Below are positions 38,133-48,613 of a stretch of 64,000 nucleotides of DNA, piece by piece; position 1 is the stretch's first letter, and each line of letters starts with the position of its first letter. Under the pieces are notes generated by a model. The model saw only the letters and a list, made by a program, of their open reading frames with translations. It did no database searches and had not been told where the DNA came from. This stretch comes from Candidatus Binataceae bacterium (GTDB lineage: Bacteria > Desulfobacterota > Binatia > Binatales > Binataceae), in NCBI GenBank assembly GCA_035524095.1, contig DATKPK010000046.1:5078-69077 (forward strand), in the 5' to 3' direction. The translations under genes and the position numbers were made by a program.

Positions 38133-38999
38133 CTAGCGGAAGCTAAACAGGCGCAGGCGTCTTTTCACTACCTCGCTCACATCCTGAACCACTGGCGGCA
38201 GGATCTTGTAGGGCGCGACCTCGCCGGGCTGAGCTTGTAGTGCTCGTTCCATCCCGCCACGCCATGCGAATCGCAACTCCGTGTTGACGTGGACGATGTT
38301 CATGCCTGCCCTTATTGCCTGCTGAAAGTCTTCATCGTGCGTTCCAGAGCCACCATGCAAGGTCATGAAGACACTAGCCGCCGTTTTGATTTCCGCTATT
38401 CTCTTAATATCTAATCGTTTTTCGGCTTGACCATGAACCATGCTTTGCAGCAGACCGTGCATATTTCCAACTGCAGGCGCGAGCACATCGACCTTAGTTG
38501 CAGCGACAAACTGCGCTGCCTCCTCGGGCGTGGTTAACACGCCCACGCCTTCGGGGGCCTTCTCAAGAATTTCCGAAGAAGCGCCGATCCATCCGACCTC
38601 CCCCTCAACCAAGATTGCGGGATTGATCGATTTGACAGTTTCAACTGCTTGCTTCGTCTGGACAATGTTTTCCTCCAAGGGCAGTCCAGAACCGTCAAAG
38701 ATGATTTCGTCGAATCCTGCTCTGGCCACTTCCTCGGCCTTGGCCAATGAGTGAGTATGGTCCGCATTCAGGAAGATCGTCTGGCCGAATTCTTCACGGA
38801 CACTTCTGACGAGCGCAGCGGCCTGATGAACACCGACGAATGCGCGTTCACCCTCAGATACGCCTACCATCACGGGCAAATTCAATTCGCGCGCAGATAG
38901 GCAGACCGCCTTGAATGCAACGAGATCTGAAAAATTGAAGTGACCGATCGCCACGTGGTCTCGTTGCACATCCTGCAGAACATCTTTAAGTGTTTTCAT
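38133..38999 (-). CDS. class II ketose-bisphosphate aldolase (fructose/tagatose-bisphosphate aldolase family)
   Basis: 288 aa; VAIGHFNF, LNADHTHS (zinc ligands) and MTLHGGSG motifs. Confidence 0.85.
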   Translation of the reverse strand: MKTLKDVLQDVQRDHVAIGHFNFSDLVAFKAVCLSARELNLPVMVGVSEGERAFVGVHQAAALVRSVREEFGQTIFLNADHTHSLAKAEEVARAGFDEIIFDGSGLPLEENIVQTKQAVETVKSINPAILVEGEVGWIGASSEILEKAPEGVGVLTTPEEAAQFVAATKVDVLAPAVGNMHGLLQSMVHGQAEKRLDIKRIAEIKTAASVFMTLHGGSGTHDEDFQQAIRAGMNIVHVNTELRFAWRGGMERALQAQPGEVAPYKILPPVVQDVSEVVKRRLRLFSFR

Positions 39000-39262
39000 A
39001 AATTGAACCGATTCTCACGATGGCATTAAAAGCAGTAGTACTTGTACACGGGAAACTGAGCGCGGGGCGCGTCTCTGGCTTTTCTGGTACCTGGATCGCG
39101 ACTGGCGGAATCTCACAGCCTGATCTGAGCACACATCTTTAAGGTCGAATTGTCCGATGGCGGCATTCAACCCCACATTTTCATAGGCAAAACCCCTCGC
39201 TCGACTCGGAAAATGACCATTCGGTGATCATCGGAGCTAGAAGGTTACGGACGCGGCACCGA

Positions 39263-39994
39263 TCAATACAAATGGCGGCCGCCATCGACGCGGATACATT
39301 CACCGGTAATGAAATCGCTTTGCACCAAAAACACTACCGTCTTCGCAATCTCCTCGGCACCGCCCCATCTTCGAACCGGCGTAGCATCGATCACCTCGTC
39401 GTTCTCTGCAGAACTGAGGCCCGGAGGCATCAAGATCGGCCCCGGCGCCACTACATTAACCAGAACTTCCGGAGCTAGTTCCAGCGCCAAGCTCTCGGTT
39501 AATGCAACGACTGCGGCCTTGGAAGTATAGTAGGGCACAAATCCCTTGTAACGTGGGCGGCCGCTCGCAGGCAGCCAGTCCGCGAAGTTAATAATTCGCG
39601 CTGCACCGCTTCGCTTCATAATCGGCGCTGCAGCGGTTGAGAAAAGAAACACACTGCGGGTGTTGGCATCGACGATATTCGACCAGTCCACTTTCTTGGG
39701 TTCGGGCGTTTCCAGATAGACTGATGCCATGTTCAGCAGAATGTGGATACCCCCAAGCTCGCGATCGGTTTCCTGGACAGCGCGGGCAATTTGGTCTTCG
39801 TCGGTGGCATCGGCCTGGATTGTGATTGCGCGCACGCCCTCGCGGATCGCGGCTTGGGCGGTAGCTTCCGCCGCGTCGCGCGACCCGCGATAGACCAACG
39901 CCAGGTTGCACCCGAGCAGCGCTAGGGAGTGCGCCACGGCCTGTCCAATGCGGGCGCCACCGGTAAGCAATGCCACTTTATTCTTTGGGTCCAT
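39263..39994 (-). CDS. SDR family short-chain dehydrogenase/reductase
   Basis: KVALLTGGARIGQAVA (TGxxxGxG) and YxxxK in YYTSKAAVVALTESLA; about 243 aa from MDPKNK. Confidence 0.8.
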   Translation of the reverse strand: MDPKNKVALLTGGARIGQAVAHSLALLGCNLALVYRGSRDAAEATAQAAIREGVRAITIQADATDEDQIARAVQETDRELGGIHILLNMASVYLETPEPKKVDWSNIVDANTRSVFLFSTAAAPIMKRSGAARIINFADWLPASGRPRYKGFVPYYTSKAAVVALTESLALELAPEVLVNVVAPGPILMPPGLSSAENDEVIDATPVRRWGGAEEIAKTVVFLVQSDFITGECIRVDGGRHLY

Positions 39995-40661
39995 GTCGCT
40001 GATTCGCACCTTCTTTCTTACGGATGAAACGTAGTGATTTCTCTGGATATCAATCGACAAAAGCCGATAAATCACTGGCCAAAGCCTCTCACGTCAGGGT
40101 CGTTGCATCATCATGAAATCAAGCTGCCGTTCTGCTCCCTCGGACCCTGCCTGTGACCGGACTTGAAAGCAAAATTGGGGAGTAGGATGCACTAAAGTTC
40201 TCAGTGTCTGGCTGTTGTCTCCTCAGATTTGCCTCAAAGGCGAGTTCGATGCGAGTGGTCAGCTGGTTTTACTTCCAAAGTCTCCGTGCCCCGAATCCGC
40301 GATCGTTCGATTTTGATTTGCACGGCGTCCGCCATATTCTATGCCGGGTAGTCAAGGGAATCTGGAGCTCGTCTGGTAACTGCGCCGTAACCGATCGCGC
40401 TTGGCAGCATCAAAGTGCTGACGAGAAAGACGACGCGATCGGCGAAGAATCGGAGATCGGCTGAACGATATACGGCGAGGAAAAAGCTAAAGAACCGGAG
40501 TATCAGCCGTCCCGGTGGATCCATCTTCCACCGGATCAGTTGCGACAAATCTCGATCTCACAGAATATCTACTCAACTGCAAAGGAAAGGACACTCTTCT
40601 TTTGGTCGCGGCTGCGAGGAACCGCGTTTGTAAAATTCGAGGCAGTCGCTGAGCAAAGCGC

Positions 40662-42968
40662 GTGGCGGGATTCATCGAGCATCAATTCGGCATCCGGCGG
40701 CCGTTTGCCTGGCTGGATCGGATCGAGGCGCTGGCCGCACGCGAGCTTGCTCCCAGCGCCCGGAAGATCCGTACCGCCTTGCGCATCGCAACGATCGTGA
40801 CCATCGCAATCGGGCTGGACGCTAGTTGTCACGTCAATACTCAGCTGGGCGCGGTAATTGTCTGGCTGCTCGCCGGCGCAGGGCCGATGATGTCCATGCG
40901 CAAAGCCTTGGCATGGCAAATCGGGGTGATGCTCACTCTAATCACGGCGGTGGTGATGGCGCGCGCATTCGCGGAGACACCGTGGTTGATGCTGCCGTTT
41001 ATCTTCGCCTGGATTTCACTTTCAACCTACTTCGGAACGACGCGCAAACTCGGCGTGGGCATCCTCGTTCTTCAGATAGTCTCCCTCATCACATTCTATA
41101 ATGTCGTGTTTGCGCCTCAGGAAATCGGTTGGAGCGCTGCAGCCTCATTCGACGGGAGCGCGATTGCCTTCGGAGTGATCGTTTTATTCGATAACTGGTT
41201 ATGGCCGGATCGCGGCGAGCCAATCCTGCTCGAGTCTCTCGGAGCGAGCATCGCGCGAGCCCGTAAGCAACTTATCGAGGCGACTGACTTTTTTCTTGGC
41301 GGTGAAAGCGTACCGCAGCCGCCGCTGCCATTGCCGACCTCCGATCTGCCCGCTCAGATGGCGCTTCTCGATAAAACGTTGGCCGAGGGCGCGTCTGAGC
41401 ATCGCAGAGCGATCCTGCTTGCTGCGATCACACGCGCGGCTCGCATCAGCCTCGAATTGGATCGCATCATCACCGCCGCGCGCGAGAACTTACCACGAGA
41501 GATTCGCGCGCTGGTTCAGGACGAAATTCAACGGGCAGTAAATGCCATCGCCGATTCTCTTGACGCGATCGCGTACAAACTGCCTGAACGGATTCTTGCC
41601 GGCGCGGACGAGCAAACTCCCGCTACGCTGGCGCACGTACGCTTGGCGATGGACGATCTGGACACGCGCGTGGTTCAGGTCAGATCAGCATATATCGGCA
41701 AAAGCAGTCCGGAGGAAATCGAGAATTTCGCGGAGTTCTTCGATTCGCTGGCAGCGCTGGCCAGACATGTCGAACGCCCGCTGGATGAGCCTCCACGGCC
41801 ACCTGCCATGCGTCCGTCGAACACCGGCGTTCCTCGAAACGCCGCTATCGCCAACTCGATCGTTGCTGCAGATCCAGCGCTTGTACGCCATTGCTTGAAA
41901 GTCGGCTTGTGCACGGCGGTCGGCTATGTAATCGGCGTCATTAGCCAGCGGCCGGACTTATTCATTATCCTCATCACTGTAATAACCACCGCTACCCCAA
42001 CCTATGGCGCAACCTTGTTCAAGATGTACCTCCGGATCACCGGAGCAATAATCGGAGGAGCAGTTTCCCTTCTCGCGATCATCATAGTGTCGCCTAACTT
42101 CGACTCGCTCCCAAGCTATATGCTTGCGGGCTTCGCGGTATTCTTTCCCTTTGCATACTCTTCGCTCGGCAATGCGCGGATGTCGTTCGCGGGCAAGCAA
42201 ATGGGAGTCATTTTTTCGTTGGTATTCATTGGGTTGAGTCCCTCAGTCAATATCTATGAGCCTCTTTGGCGTATTTGGGGTCTCTTGCTTGGTGATTTGG
42301 TCGTGGCGACGGTTTTCTTTAGTCTTTGGCCGGAATACGCGGGGGAATCGCTGCTGCCAAGACTACAAAAAGTCCTTGGCAATATGCTCGCACTAGCGCC
42401 AGGCGGCTCAGCTTCGAGCAGCGAAGATCAAATAGTGAAGACAAACTCAGAAACGATGCGCGTGCTGACCGAGTTTCTCGAAATCGCAGATGACGCCCGA
42501 ATGGAAGGGCGCACCTGCGCCGTCTACCATGATGGAATCATCGAAGCGGCCGGGACTTTTCGTCGGATCGTGAACCGGCTGTCCTCGATCGCGACGGCGC
42601 GGGTGCTTATTCGAATGCCGCAACTCGACTCTATAACCGAGCTTGCGCGCGCCCGGATTTTCGAGCTAATTCGCGGGCAGATCAGATCGTGGCTGGATTT
42701 CTATAACAGCGCTGAATCTCTCAACGCCTCTGCCGCTCGGGCGATCGCGCAGAAATATTCAGCCGATGAGTTGGCGGAACCGCTCAAAGAGTTCAGTTCA
42801 CGTCTGGAGGAGGGAGGATTTGCTCAGTTGGCATCCTGGCCCATCGAGCCGCGCCGCACGATGATCGCGGAGCTGGAGTCGATGCGACGGCTAGTGTTGC
42901 TGTTGTCTGAGCTGAATCGCTATCTCGCAGATGTCCCCAGCCCTCGAAACACTTCAGGTATCGCCTAG
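40662..42968 (+). CDS. FUSC / aromatic acid exporter (AaeB/YccS-like) family membrane protein
   Basis: 768 aa with two multi-TM blocks separated by a long helical cytoplasmic segment, as in fusaric-acid-resistance-like proteins. GTG start. Confidence 0.7.
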   Translation: MAGFIEHQFGIRRPFAWLDRIEALAARELAPSARKIRTALRIATIVTIAIGLDASCHVNTQLGAVIVWLLAGAGPMMSMRKALAWQIGVMLTLITAVVMARAFAETPWLMLPFIFAWISLSTYFGTTRKLGVGILVLQIVSLITFYNVVFAPQEIGWSAAASFDGSAIAFGVIVLFDNWLWPDRGEPILLESLGASIARARKQLIEATDFFLGGESVPQPPLPLPTSDLPAQMALLDKTLAEGASEHRRAILLAAITRAARISLELDRIITAARENLPREIRALVQDEIQRAVNAIADSLDAIAYKLPERILAGADEQTPATLAHVRLAMDDLDTRVVQVRSAYIGKSSPEEIENFAEFFDSLAALARHVERPLDEPPRPPAMRPSNTGVPRNAAIANSIVAADPALVRHCLKVGLCTAVGYVIGVISQRPDLFIILITVITTATPTYGATLFKMYLRITGAIIGGAVSLLAIIIVSPNFDSLPSYMLAGFAVFFPFAYSSLGNARMSFAGKQMGVIFSLVFIGLSPSVNIYEPLWRIWGLLLGDLVVATVFFSLWPEYAGESLLPRLQKVLGNMLALAPGGSASSSEDQIVKTNSETMRVLTEFLEIADDARMEGRTCAVYHDGIIEAAGTFRRIVNRLSSIATARVLIRMPQLDSITELARARIFELIRGQIRSWLDFYNSAESLNASAARAIAQKYSADELAEPLKEFSSRLEEGGFAQLASWPIEPRRTMIAELESMRRLVLLLSELNRYLADVPSPRNTSGIA

Positions 42969-43102
42969 AATTATTTTTCAGTCACCTTGTCGCCAGATGG
43001 TCGGCAGCCGAATTTTGCTCGAATTGGGAGCCCGCAGTGACAGGGCCGCTTCGTGAAGTGCCGCAGGGTTCTTTTCGATACGGGGCTGCGCGGGCAATGT
43101 GG

Positions 43103-43981
43103 TCAGCGGACTTCGGTGCCGACGCCGGCGTCGGTGAAGGTCTCCAGCAGCACGGCGTGCGGGACGCGGCCGTCCGTAACGTAAGCGCGCGCGGCTCCGG
43201 CCGCTAAAGCCTGCACGCAGCATTCGACCTTGGGAATCATGCCCTCGCCAATCGTGCCATCTTCGATTAAGGCTTTCGCGCGCGCGATTTCGAGTGCGGG
43301 GATCAGTTTGCCGTCGCGATCCATGACGCCTGCGACATCGGTCAGCAGGATAAATTTCTCGGCCTTGAGCGCACCAGCGATATCGCCAGCGGCAACGTCG
43401 GCGTTGATATTATAGGTCTGACCTTCAGCGTCGTGGCCGATGGGCGCGATGACCGGAATAAATCCGGCCTCGCGCAGCGTGGTGATAACTGCCGGATCAA
43501 TCTCGGCGACTTCGCCAACCAGGCCGAGATCGGCCTCGATTGGATGACCCTGATCGTCCTTCGCGAACATCCGCATCTTGCGCGCGGTAATCAGGCTGGC
43601 GTCCTTGCCGGAGAGTCCGACTGCGCGCCCGCCCTGGCGCGAGATTAGCGCGACGATTTCCTTGTTGATTTTTTGCAGGACCATCTCGACCGCTTCCATG
43701 GTGGGCTCGTCAGTCACGCGCATCCCACGGACGAAGCTGGATTTGAGGCCGAGGCGTTTAATCAGATCGTTGATTTGCGGGCCGCCGCCGTGCACCACGA
43801 CCGGATTGATGCCGACGGCCTGGAGCAGAACGACATCCTGCGCGAAAGCTTCGCCGAGCTCGGGAGAGAGCATCGCATGGCCGCCATACTTGATGACGAA
43901 AGTCTTACCGCGAAAGCGATTTATATAGGGAAGCGCCTCGACGAGGATGCGCGCGCGTTCAATCGAATCAGTCAATGCCAT
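43103..43981 (-). CDS. argB: acetylglutamate kinase
   Basis: [17 protein letters not shown]-terminal amino-acid-kinase motif; 292 aa. Confidence 0.9.
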   Translation of the reverse strand: MALTDSIERARILVEALPYINRFRGKTFVIKYGGHAMLSPELGEAFAQDVVLLQAVGINPVVVHGGGPQINDLIKRLGLKSSFVRGMRVTDEPTMEAVEMVLQKINKEIVALISRQGGRAVGLSGKDASLITARKMRMFAKDDQGHPIEADLGLVGEVAEIDPAVITTLREAGFIPVIAPIGHDAEGQTYNINADVAAGDIAGALKAEKFILLTDVAGVMDRDGKLIPALEIARAKALIEDGTIGEGMIPKVECCVQALAAGAARAYVTDGRVPHAVLLETFTDAGVGTEVR

Positions 43982-44083
43982 TTGGTTTGCCCATGCATGA
44001 GAAGCTGCTGATCGGTTTCAGGATGCGTCGTGGCGAAGAGCCAAGCAATCATGCCCGCAGTCGTGTCGTACCCATAGAGATGC

Positions 44084-45109
44084 CTACTCGCCAAAGTGCT
44101 TCGACAGAATGTTCCAACATCCAAAATCAGTGCGAGTGGTTCCGTCTGGCTGTTTTATGCCAGATGCGATTTGCAGGTTTCCATTCGGATCTATAATCGC
44201 GACCGGTACTTCAAATCGATAGTTCGGCTTCCAACCTGGATGCGTGATCAGTCCAGATTTTTGACCGGGAATTGCCGTGGCGAGCGGCGTACCGACAAAT
44301 TCTGGATCTTCACATTTGAAAACAAGTGGATTTTCTTCAGGACGATTTCTGATCCATTCGGGACCGTGTTCTATTATGATCTTAGCTCGTAATATGCCAT
44401 TGACTCTAGTTACTTCCCATTTTTCGATGAACGCGCCGGCTCGGCAGCTTATCCGTACCGTATAATGCTGACTATTTGGATCAAGTGGGGTCCAGGTGAA
44501 GTTCTGTCTCGTTCCATCTTCTACTCCAGCCTCCGCCACGTATAGTCTTTTCTGAGATTCATCGAATTGGCCCGTGGGCACAAATGGTAAGTTTGGATGC
44601 TTAACGTGCCATAGGTGCTCTATGTTTTTACGGTCATTGTCATAAAAATCAATATTGCAGTTATATGCTGATTCTGGGCCAAAATGTAGCAGCATCATTA
44701 ACCACGTAGCGGAGCGGTTGTCTCCGAGCGGCGCACCAAAAACAAAGACGAAGCTCGGCTTTAACGCGGACGTTGTGGTGGATGCGGTCTGTTGTGCTCG
44801 TGAATATTGCCGAGCATCGACCCACAATTGGGCACCAAGACCAAGCGCGAATATAGTCGCTCCAAGCGCCCCTCCAATTACTAACTTCCATCCGATCGAC
44901 AATTGTGATGCAGCGTACAGCCAGTAGCCGCCGAAACCTGCTACGTCCAAAAGCGCAAGAACGGCACAGATCCGCGCCGCTAGAAATTCGCCTGACGTTG
45001 GATTGCTTAAGGTTAAAAACCCAAAGCCCAACGTGAGGAGCAATGGCGCAACAATCCCGAGAAGAATTTCCGCGATGCCCATGCGCCCCCCGCCTCGGGA
45101 AACCCCCAA
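44084..45109 (-). CDS. hypothetical membrane-anchored protein (3 N-terminal TM helices + ~230 aa beta-rich domain), lower GC
   Basis: 341 aa. The coding sequence is visibly more AT-rich than its neighbours (for example 44400-44700). No family recognised. Confidence 0.5.
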   Translation of the reverse strand: MGVSRGGGRMGIAEILLGIVAPLLLTLGFGFLTLSNPTSGEFLAARICAVLALLDVAGFGGYWLYAASQLSIGWKLVIGGALGATIFALGLGAQLWVDARQYSRAQQTASTTTSALKPSFVFVFGAPLGDNRSATWLMMLLHFGPESAYNCNIDFYDNDRKNIEHLWHVKHPNLPFVPTGQFDESQKRLYVAEAGVEDGTRQNFTWTPLDPNSQHYTVRISCRAGAFIEKWEVTRVNGILRAKIIIEHGPEWIRNRPEENPLVFKCEDPEFVGTPLATAIPGQKSGLITHPGWKPNYRFEVPVAIIDPNGNLQIASGIKQPDGTTRTDFGCWNILSKHFGE

Positions 45110-45201
45110 CTTATGCGTGGGTTCTACCGACCACCTTATGTATCCGCGAAGCTCCCAGAATCGCTGCTATTTTTATAGGGCTAAGAATATCTTTAGTGGT
45201 C

Positions 45202-46590
45202 CTACAAGATGTAGCGGGAGAGGTCTTCGTTCTTGACAATCGGGTCGAGTCGCTGATGGACGTAGGCTGAATCGATCGTAATTTCCTGACCGGAGAGCTC
45301 TGGAGCATTGAAGGAAAGCTCCTCGACCAGCCGTTCGAGCACGGTATGCAGGCGGCGGGCGCCGATATTTTCCGAGCGCGTATTCACTTGCGCGGCGATA
45401 TCAGCCAGCGCGCTGACCGCGTCTTCGGTGAAACGAATCTTCACGCGCTCGGTCTCGAGCAGCGCGACGTATTGGCGGGTAAGCGAATTCTCAGGTTCGG
45501 TGAGAATGCGCACGAAGTCCTCTTTGGCGAGAGCACTCAGCTCGACGCGGATCGGAAAACGTCCCTGGAATTCGGGGATGAGATCGGAAGGCTTGGAGGT
45601 ATGGAAGGCGCCGGAGGCGACGAACAGAATATGATCGGTTTTCACCGCACCATATTTGGTATTAACGGTCGAGCCTTCGACGATCGGCAGCAGGTCGCGC
45701 TGAACGCCCTCGCGCGAGACGTCGGGTCCGTGGGCCTCGCGGCCGGCGATTTTGTCGATCTCGTCGATAAAGACAATGCCTGATTGCTCGGCGCGATTGA
45801 CCGCTTCGCGCGCGACGTTTTCCATATCGACCAGGCGGGCACCCTCTTCCTGGGTCAGCAGCTCAAGGGCCTCGGGAACCTTGACCTTACGATGGCGGGT
45901 TTTCTTGGGCATGATCTGGCTGAAGAGTTCCTTCATGTTCACACCCATCTCTTCCATGCCCTGCGGCGTGAATACTTCGACCATCGGCGAGGCCTGCGCA
46001 GAGACTTCGATATCGACGTCGCGGTTGTCGAGATGGCCGTCACGCATGAGCTTGCGCAGCTTCTCGCGGGTATCGTCGCGCGAGGTATCGCGTGAATGGT
46101 CCGAGCTGACCTCGATGGCACCCTCTGCCGTAACCGTCGCTGGCCGCCGTGTTTTGCCCGGCGATGGCGGATAGAGGATATCGAGCAAGCGCTCCTCGGC
46201 TGCCTCGCGTGCCTTCACCGCTACACGGGCGCGTTCCTCCTCGCGCACCATCTTCACTGAGACTTCGGCCAGATCACGAATCATCGATTCGACGTCGCGG
46301 CCCACATAGCCGACTTCGGTATAGCGCGAGGCCTCGACCTTGACGAATGGGGCCTGCGCCAGACGTGCGAGGCGGCGGGCGATTTCGGTTTTGCCGACGC
46401 CGGTAGGTCCGATCATCAGGATATTTTTGGGGGCGATTTCATCACGCAATTCCGGCGCAACGTTCTGCCGGCGCCAACGATTGCGCAAAGCGATCGCGAC
46501 TGCGCGTTTGGCATCATGCTGGCCGACGATATAGCGGTCGAGTTCGGAAACGATCTCGCGTGGAGTCATTACGTGTGGAGAGGAGGCCAT
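45202..46590 (-). CDS. hslU: ATP-dependent protease ATPase subunit HslU
   Basis: [31 protein letters not shown], Walker [16 protein letters not shown] and the I-domain insertion; 462 aa. Confidence 0.9.
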   Translation of the reverse strand: MASSPHVMTPREIVSELDRYIVGQHDAKRAVAIALRNRWRRQNVAPELRDEIAPKNILMIGPTGVGKTEIARRLARLAQAPFVKVEASRYTEVGYVGRDVESMIRDLAEVSVKMVREEERARVAVKAREAAEERLLDILYPPSPGKTRRPATVTAEGAIEVSSDHSRDTSRDDTREKLRKLMRDGHLDNRDVDIEVSAQASPMVEVFTPQGMEEMGVNMKELFSQIMPKKTRHRKVKVPEALELLTQEEGARLVDMENVAREAVNRAEQSGIVFIDEIDKIAGREAHGPDVSREGVQRDLLPIVEGSTVNTKYGAVKTDHILFVASGAFHTSKPSDLIPEFQGRFPIRVELSALAKEDFVRILTEPENSLTRQYVALLETERVKIRFTEDAVSALADIAAQVNTRSENIGARRLHTVLERLVEELSFNAPELSGQEITIDSAYVHQRLDPIVKNEDLSRYIL

Positions 46591-46750
46591 GATTCTTCTC
46601 TTAAATCTCTAAGACACAGCTCGTAGACTTATCATCTGGACGCACCTTAGAGTTCTAGGCGGCTGGTTCGCAGACTCACAGCCGCACGGGTTCGCAAGCG
46701 AACCCTACTGTCAGACTCGTTTGCTCGCTGCGCCTTCGGCTCCGCTAACG

Positions 46751-47335
46751 CTACAGTTCTTCAAAAATAAACTGGTCATTGGTGTAGACGCAGATTTCAG
46801 CCGCGACCTGCATCGCAGCCTCGGCGATTGTGCGTGCGCTCAAGTCCGGGCTGTGACGAACGAGGGCGCGCGCGGCAGAGAGCGCATAGTTGCCGCCCGA
46901 ACCAATCGCGATAAGGCCGTCGTCAGGCTCGATAACATCACCCGCGCCGGTTATTAGCAGCGAATTTTCGATGTCGGCCACGACCAACATCGCCTCGAGC
47001 CGCCGCAGGATGCGATCAGTACGCCAATCCTTGGCCATCTCGACCGCGGCGCGCCGCAGGTTGCCATTGAACTCCTGTAATTTGCCCTCGAACTTATCGA
47101 ACAACGCCAGCGCGTCGGCGGTCGAGCCAGCGAACCCCGATAAGACGGCACCGTTGTGTAACCGGCGGACCTTGCGCGCCCCCCGCTTCATGATGGTCTG
47201 GCCGACGCTCACTTGGCCGTCCCCAGCGATCACGACTTTGCCACCGTGCCGCACGTTGAGAATCGTAGTGGAGCGCACGCGGCCGCCGAATTCATGGCGG
47301 TTATCGTAGCGCTCGTCAGGCTCGCGGATGGGCAC
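46751..47335 (-). CDS. hslV: ATP-dependent protease subunit HslV (possible N-terminal mis-extension)
   Basis: [21 protein letters not shown]... is the HslV core. The ORF-track start at 47335 adds 23 residues before the catalytic Thr and overlaps xerC by 20 nt. An in-frame GTG at 47278 would give MRS-TTIL. Confidence 0.85.
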   Translation of the reverse strand: MPIREPDERYDNRHEFGGRVRSTTILNVRHGGKVVIAGDGQVSVGQTIMKRGARKVRRLHNGAVLSGFAGSTADALALFDKFEGKLQEFNGNLRRAAVEMAKDWRTDRILRRLEAMLVVADIENSLLITGAGDVIEPDDGLIAIGSGGNYALSAARALVRHSPDLSARTIAEAAMQVAAEICVYTNDQFIFEEL

Positions 47336-48248
47336 GGCGGTACACCTCTTTTAAGTGGTTCAGGCTGACGTGCGTGTAGCGCTGCGTGGTGGCCAGGCTC
47401 GCATGTCCAAGCATTTCCTGAATCGAGCGCAGGTCCGAGCCCGCGTTAAGCATATGCGTTGCGAAACAGTGGCGCAGGCCATGCGGTGTCAGAGCGTCAT
47501 CGATCCCGGCGGCGACGAGGCGTCGGGCCACGATTTTCTGAACCGAGCGTGCCGTCAGCCTCCCACCCCTTAGATTGGTGATCACCGGACTATTGGGTGA
47601 CGATGAGGCCGGCATCGCTGATCGCCAGGCCTGCAATGCCTCGAGGGCGGGTTCGCCGAGGGGTACGACGCGATGCTTGTTGCCCTTGCCGGCACGGACA
47701 GTGACCATATTTAGCTCTTCATCGATATCTCGCCAGGCTAGTCCAGTCAGTTCACTCACGCGCAACCCCGTCGCGTACAGGACTTCCAGGATCGCACGAT
47801 CGCGAAGTTCGGCGGCAGGGGATACTGGAGCGGCGTTCTCGATTAGCCCCGCAACTGCGCGTTCACCCATTACATGAGGGAGCCGTTTCGCGAGTTTGAT
47901 CGACTTCATGGACCGAACCGGACTCGGCTCGCCGGTGGAAGCCTCGCGCCATCGATAGAAGGCCTTAATTGCAAACAGGCGGCGTTGCGCGGTTGCACGG
48001 CTCGAACGGTCCATTACGGCCGCCAGATAGTCGCGAACATGATCAGCGCTGATCCGCGAGGTGATTATCGCACCGGAATCTTCCATGACCGATCGGCCAC
48101 GCTCGGTGAGAAAGCGTGCGAAATCCTCGAGATCGCGGTGATAGCCTTTCAAGGTATTCTCTGACGCGCGTGACACTTTGCCTAGCGCTGATATGAAAGC
48201 CGGAATCTCGTCGTCGAAACCCATCCGAAACCGCCTCGCTCCTGCCAA
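47316..48248 (-). CDS. xerC: tyrosine recombinase XerC
   Basis: Core-binding domain followed by a catalytic domain with R..HxxR..Y ([10 protein letters not shown] ... [13 protein letters not shown]). The conserved xerC-hslV-hslU synteny supports a chromosome dimer-resolution recombinase rather than a phage integrase. Confidence 0.85.
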   Translation of the reverse strand: MAGARRFRMGFDDEIPAFISALGKVSRASENTLKGYHRDLEDFARFLTERGRSVMEDSGAIITSRISADHVRDYLAAVMDRSSRATAQRRLFAIKAFYRWREASTGEPSPVRSMKSIKLAKRLPHVMGERAVAGLIENAAPVSPAAELRDRAILEVLYATGLRVSELTGLAWRDIDEELNMVTVRAGKGNKHRVVPLGEPALEALQAWRSAMPASSSPNSPVITNLRGGRLTARSVQKIVARRLVAAGIDDALTPHGLRHCFATHMLNAGSDLRSIQEMLGHASLATTQRYTHVSLNHLKEVYRRAHPRA

Positions 48249-48304
48249 TTCCTCACGCTATGCTAACAACGCGTGCTGGATAGCAAAAGTGCACTTGCGC
48301 AGTT

Positions 48305-48613
48305 ATGAATTGCCATCATTGCGGACGCGACATCGACACACGGGAACGGGTCGGCTTCCGCGACTACTGTCCGTCGTGTGATCGGGCGCTTCACGTGTGC
48401 CTGAACTGCGATTTTCACGCATCAGGCTACAGTAATGAGTGCCGCGAGACTCAGGCCGCCCGCGTAGTCGATAAGGCGCGCTTCAACTTTTGCGATTATT
48501 TCAGGCCGTCGGAGTCTGGTGCTTCGCCTCAGACCCGCGGGAAAGACGCGAGATCGACAGCCCCGACAAATCCACGTGCGCAACTTGATGCGTTATTCCG
48601 CAAGAAATCATGA
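48305..48613 (+). CDS. small Cys-rich (multi-CxxC) zinc-finger protein, hypothetical
   Basis: 102 aa: CHHCG...CPSCD...CLNCDF...C...C. The stop overlaps the glmU start (ATGA). Confidence 0.4.
   Translation: MNCHHCGRDIDTRERVGFRDYCPSCDRALHVCLNCDFHASGYSNECRETQAARVVDKARFNFCDYFRPSESGASPQTRGKDARSTAPTNPRAQLDALFRKKS

Noticed and set aside
40204-40464. 86-aa ORF in the 580-bp spacer upstream of the FUSC gene
   Set aside because: It has no ribosome-binding site and an atypical composition, and I saw no similarity to anything. The spacer is more probably promoter or regulatory DNA.
47316-48248. Tyrosine recombinase as evidence of a mobile element
   Set aside because: It sits in the conserved xerC-hslV-hslU arrangement, there is no nearby att-like repeat that I could see, and it is remote from the tRNA cluster. 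The call is chromosomal XerC.
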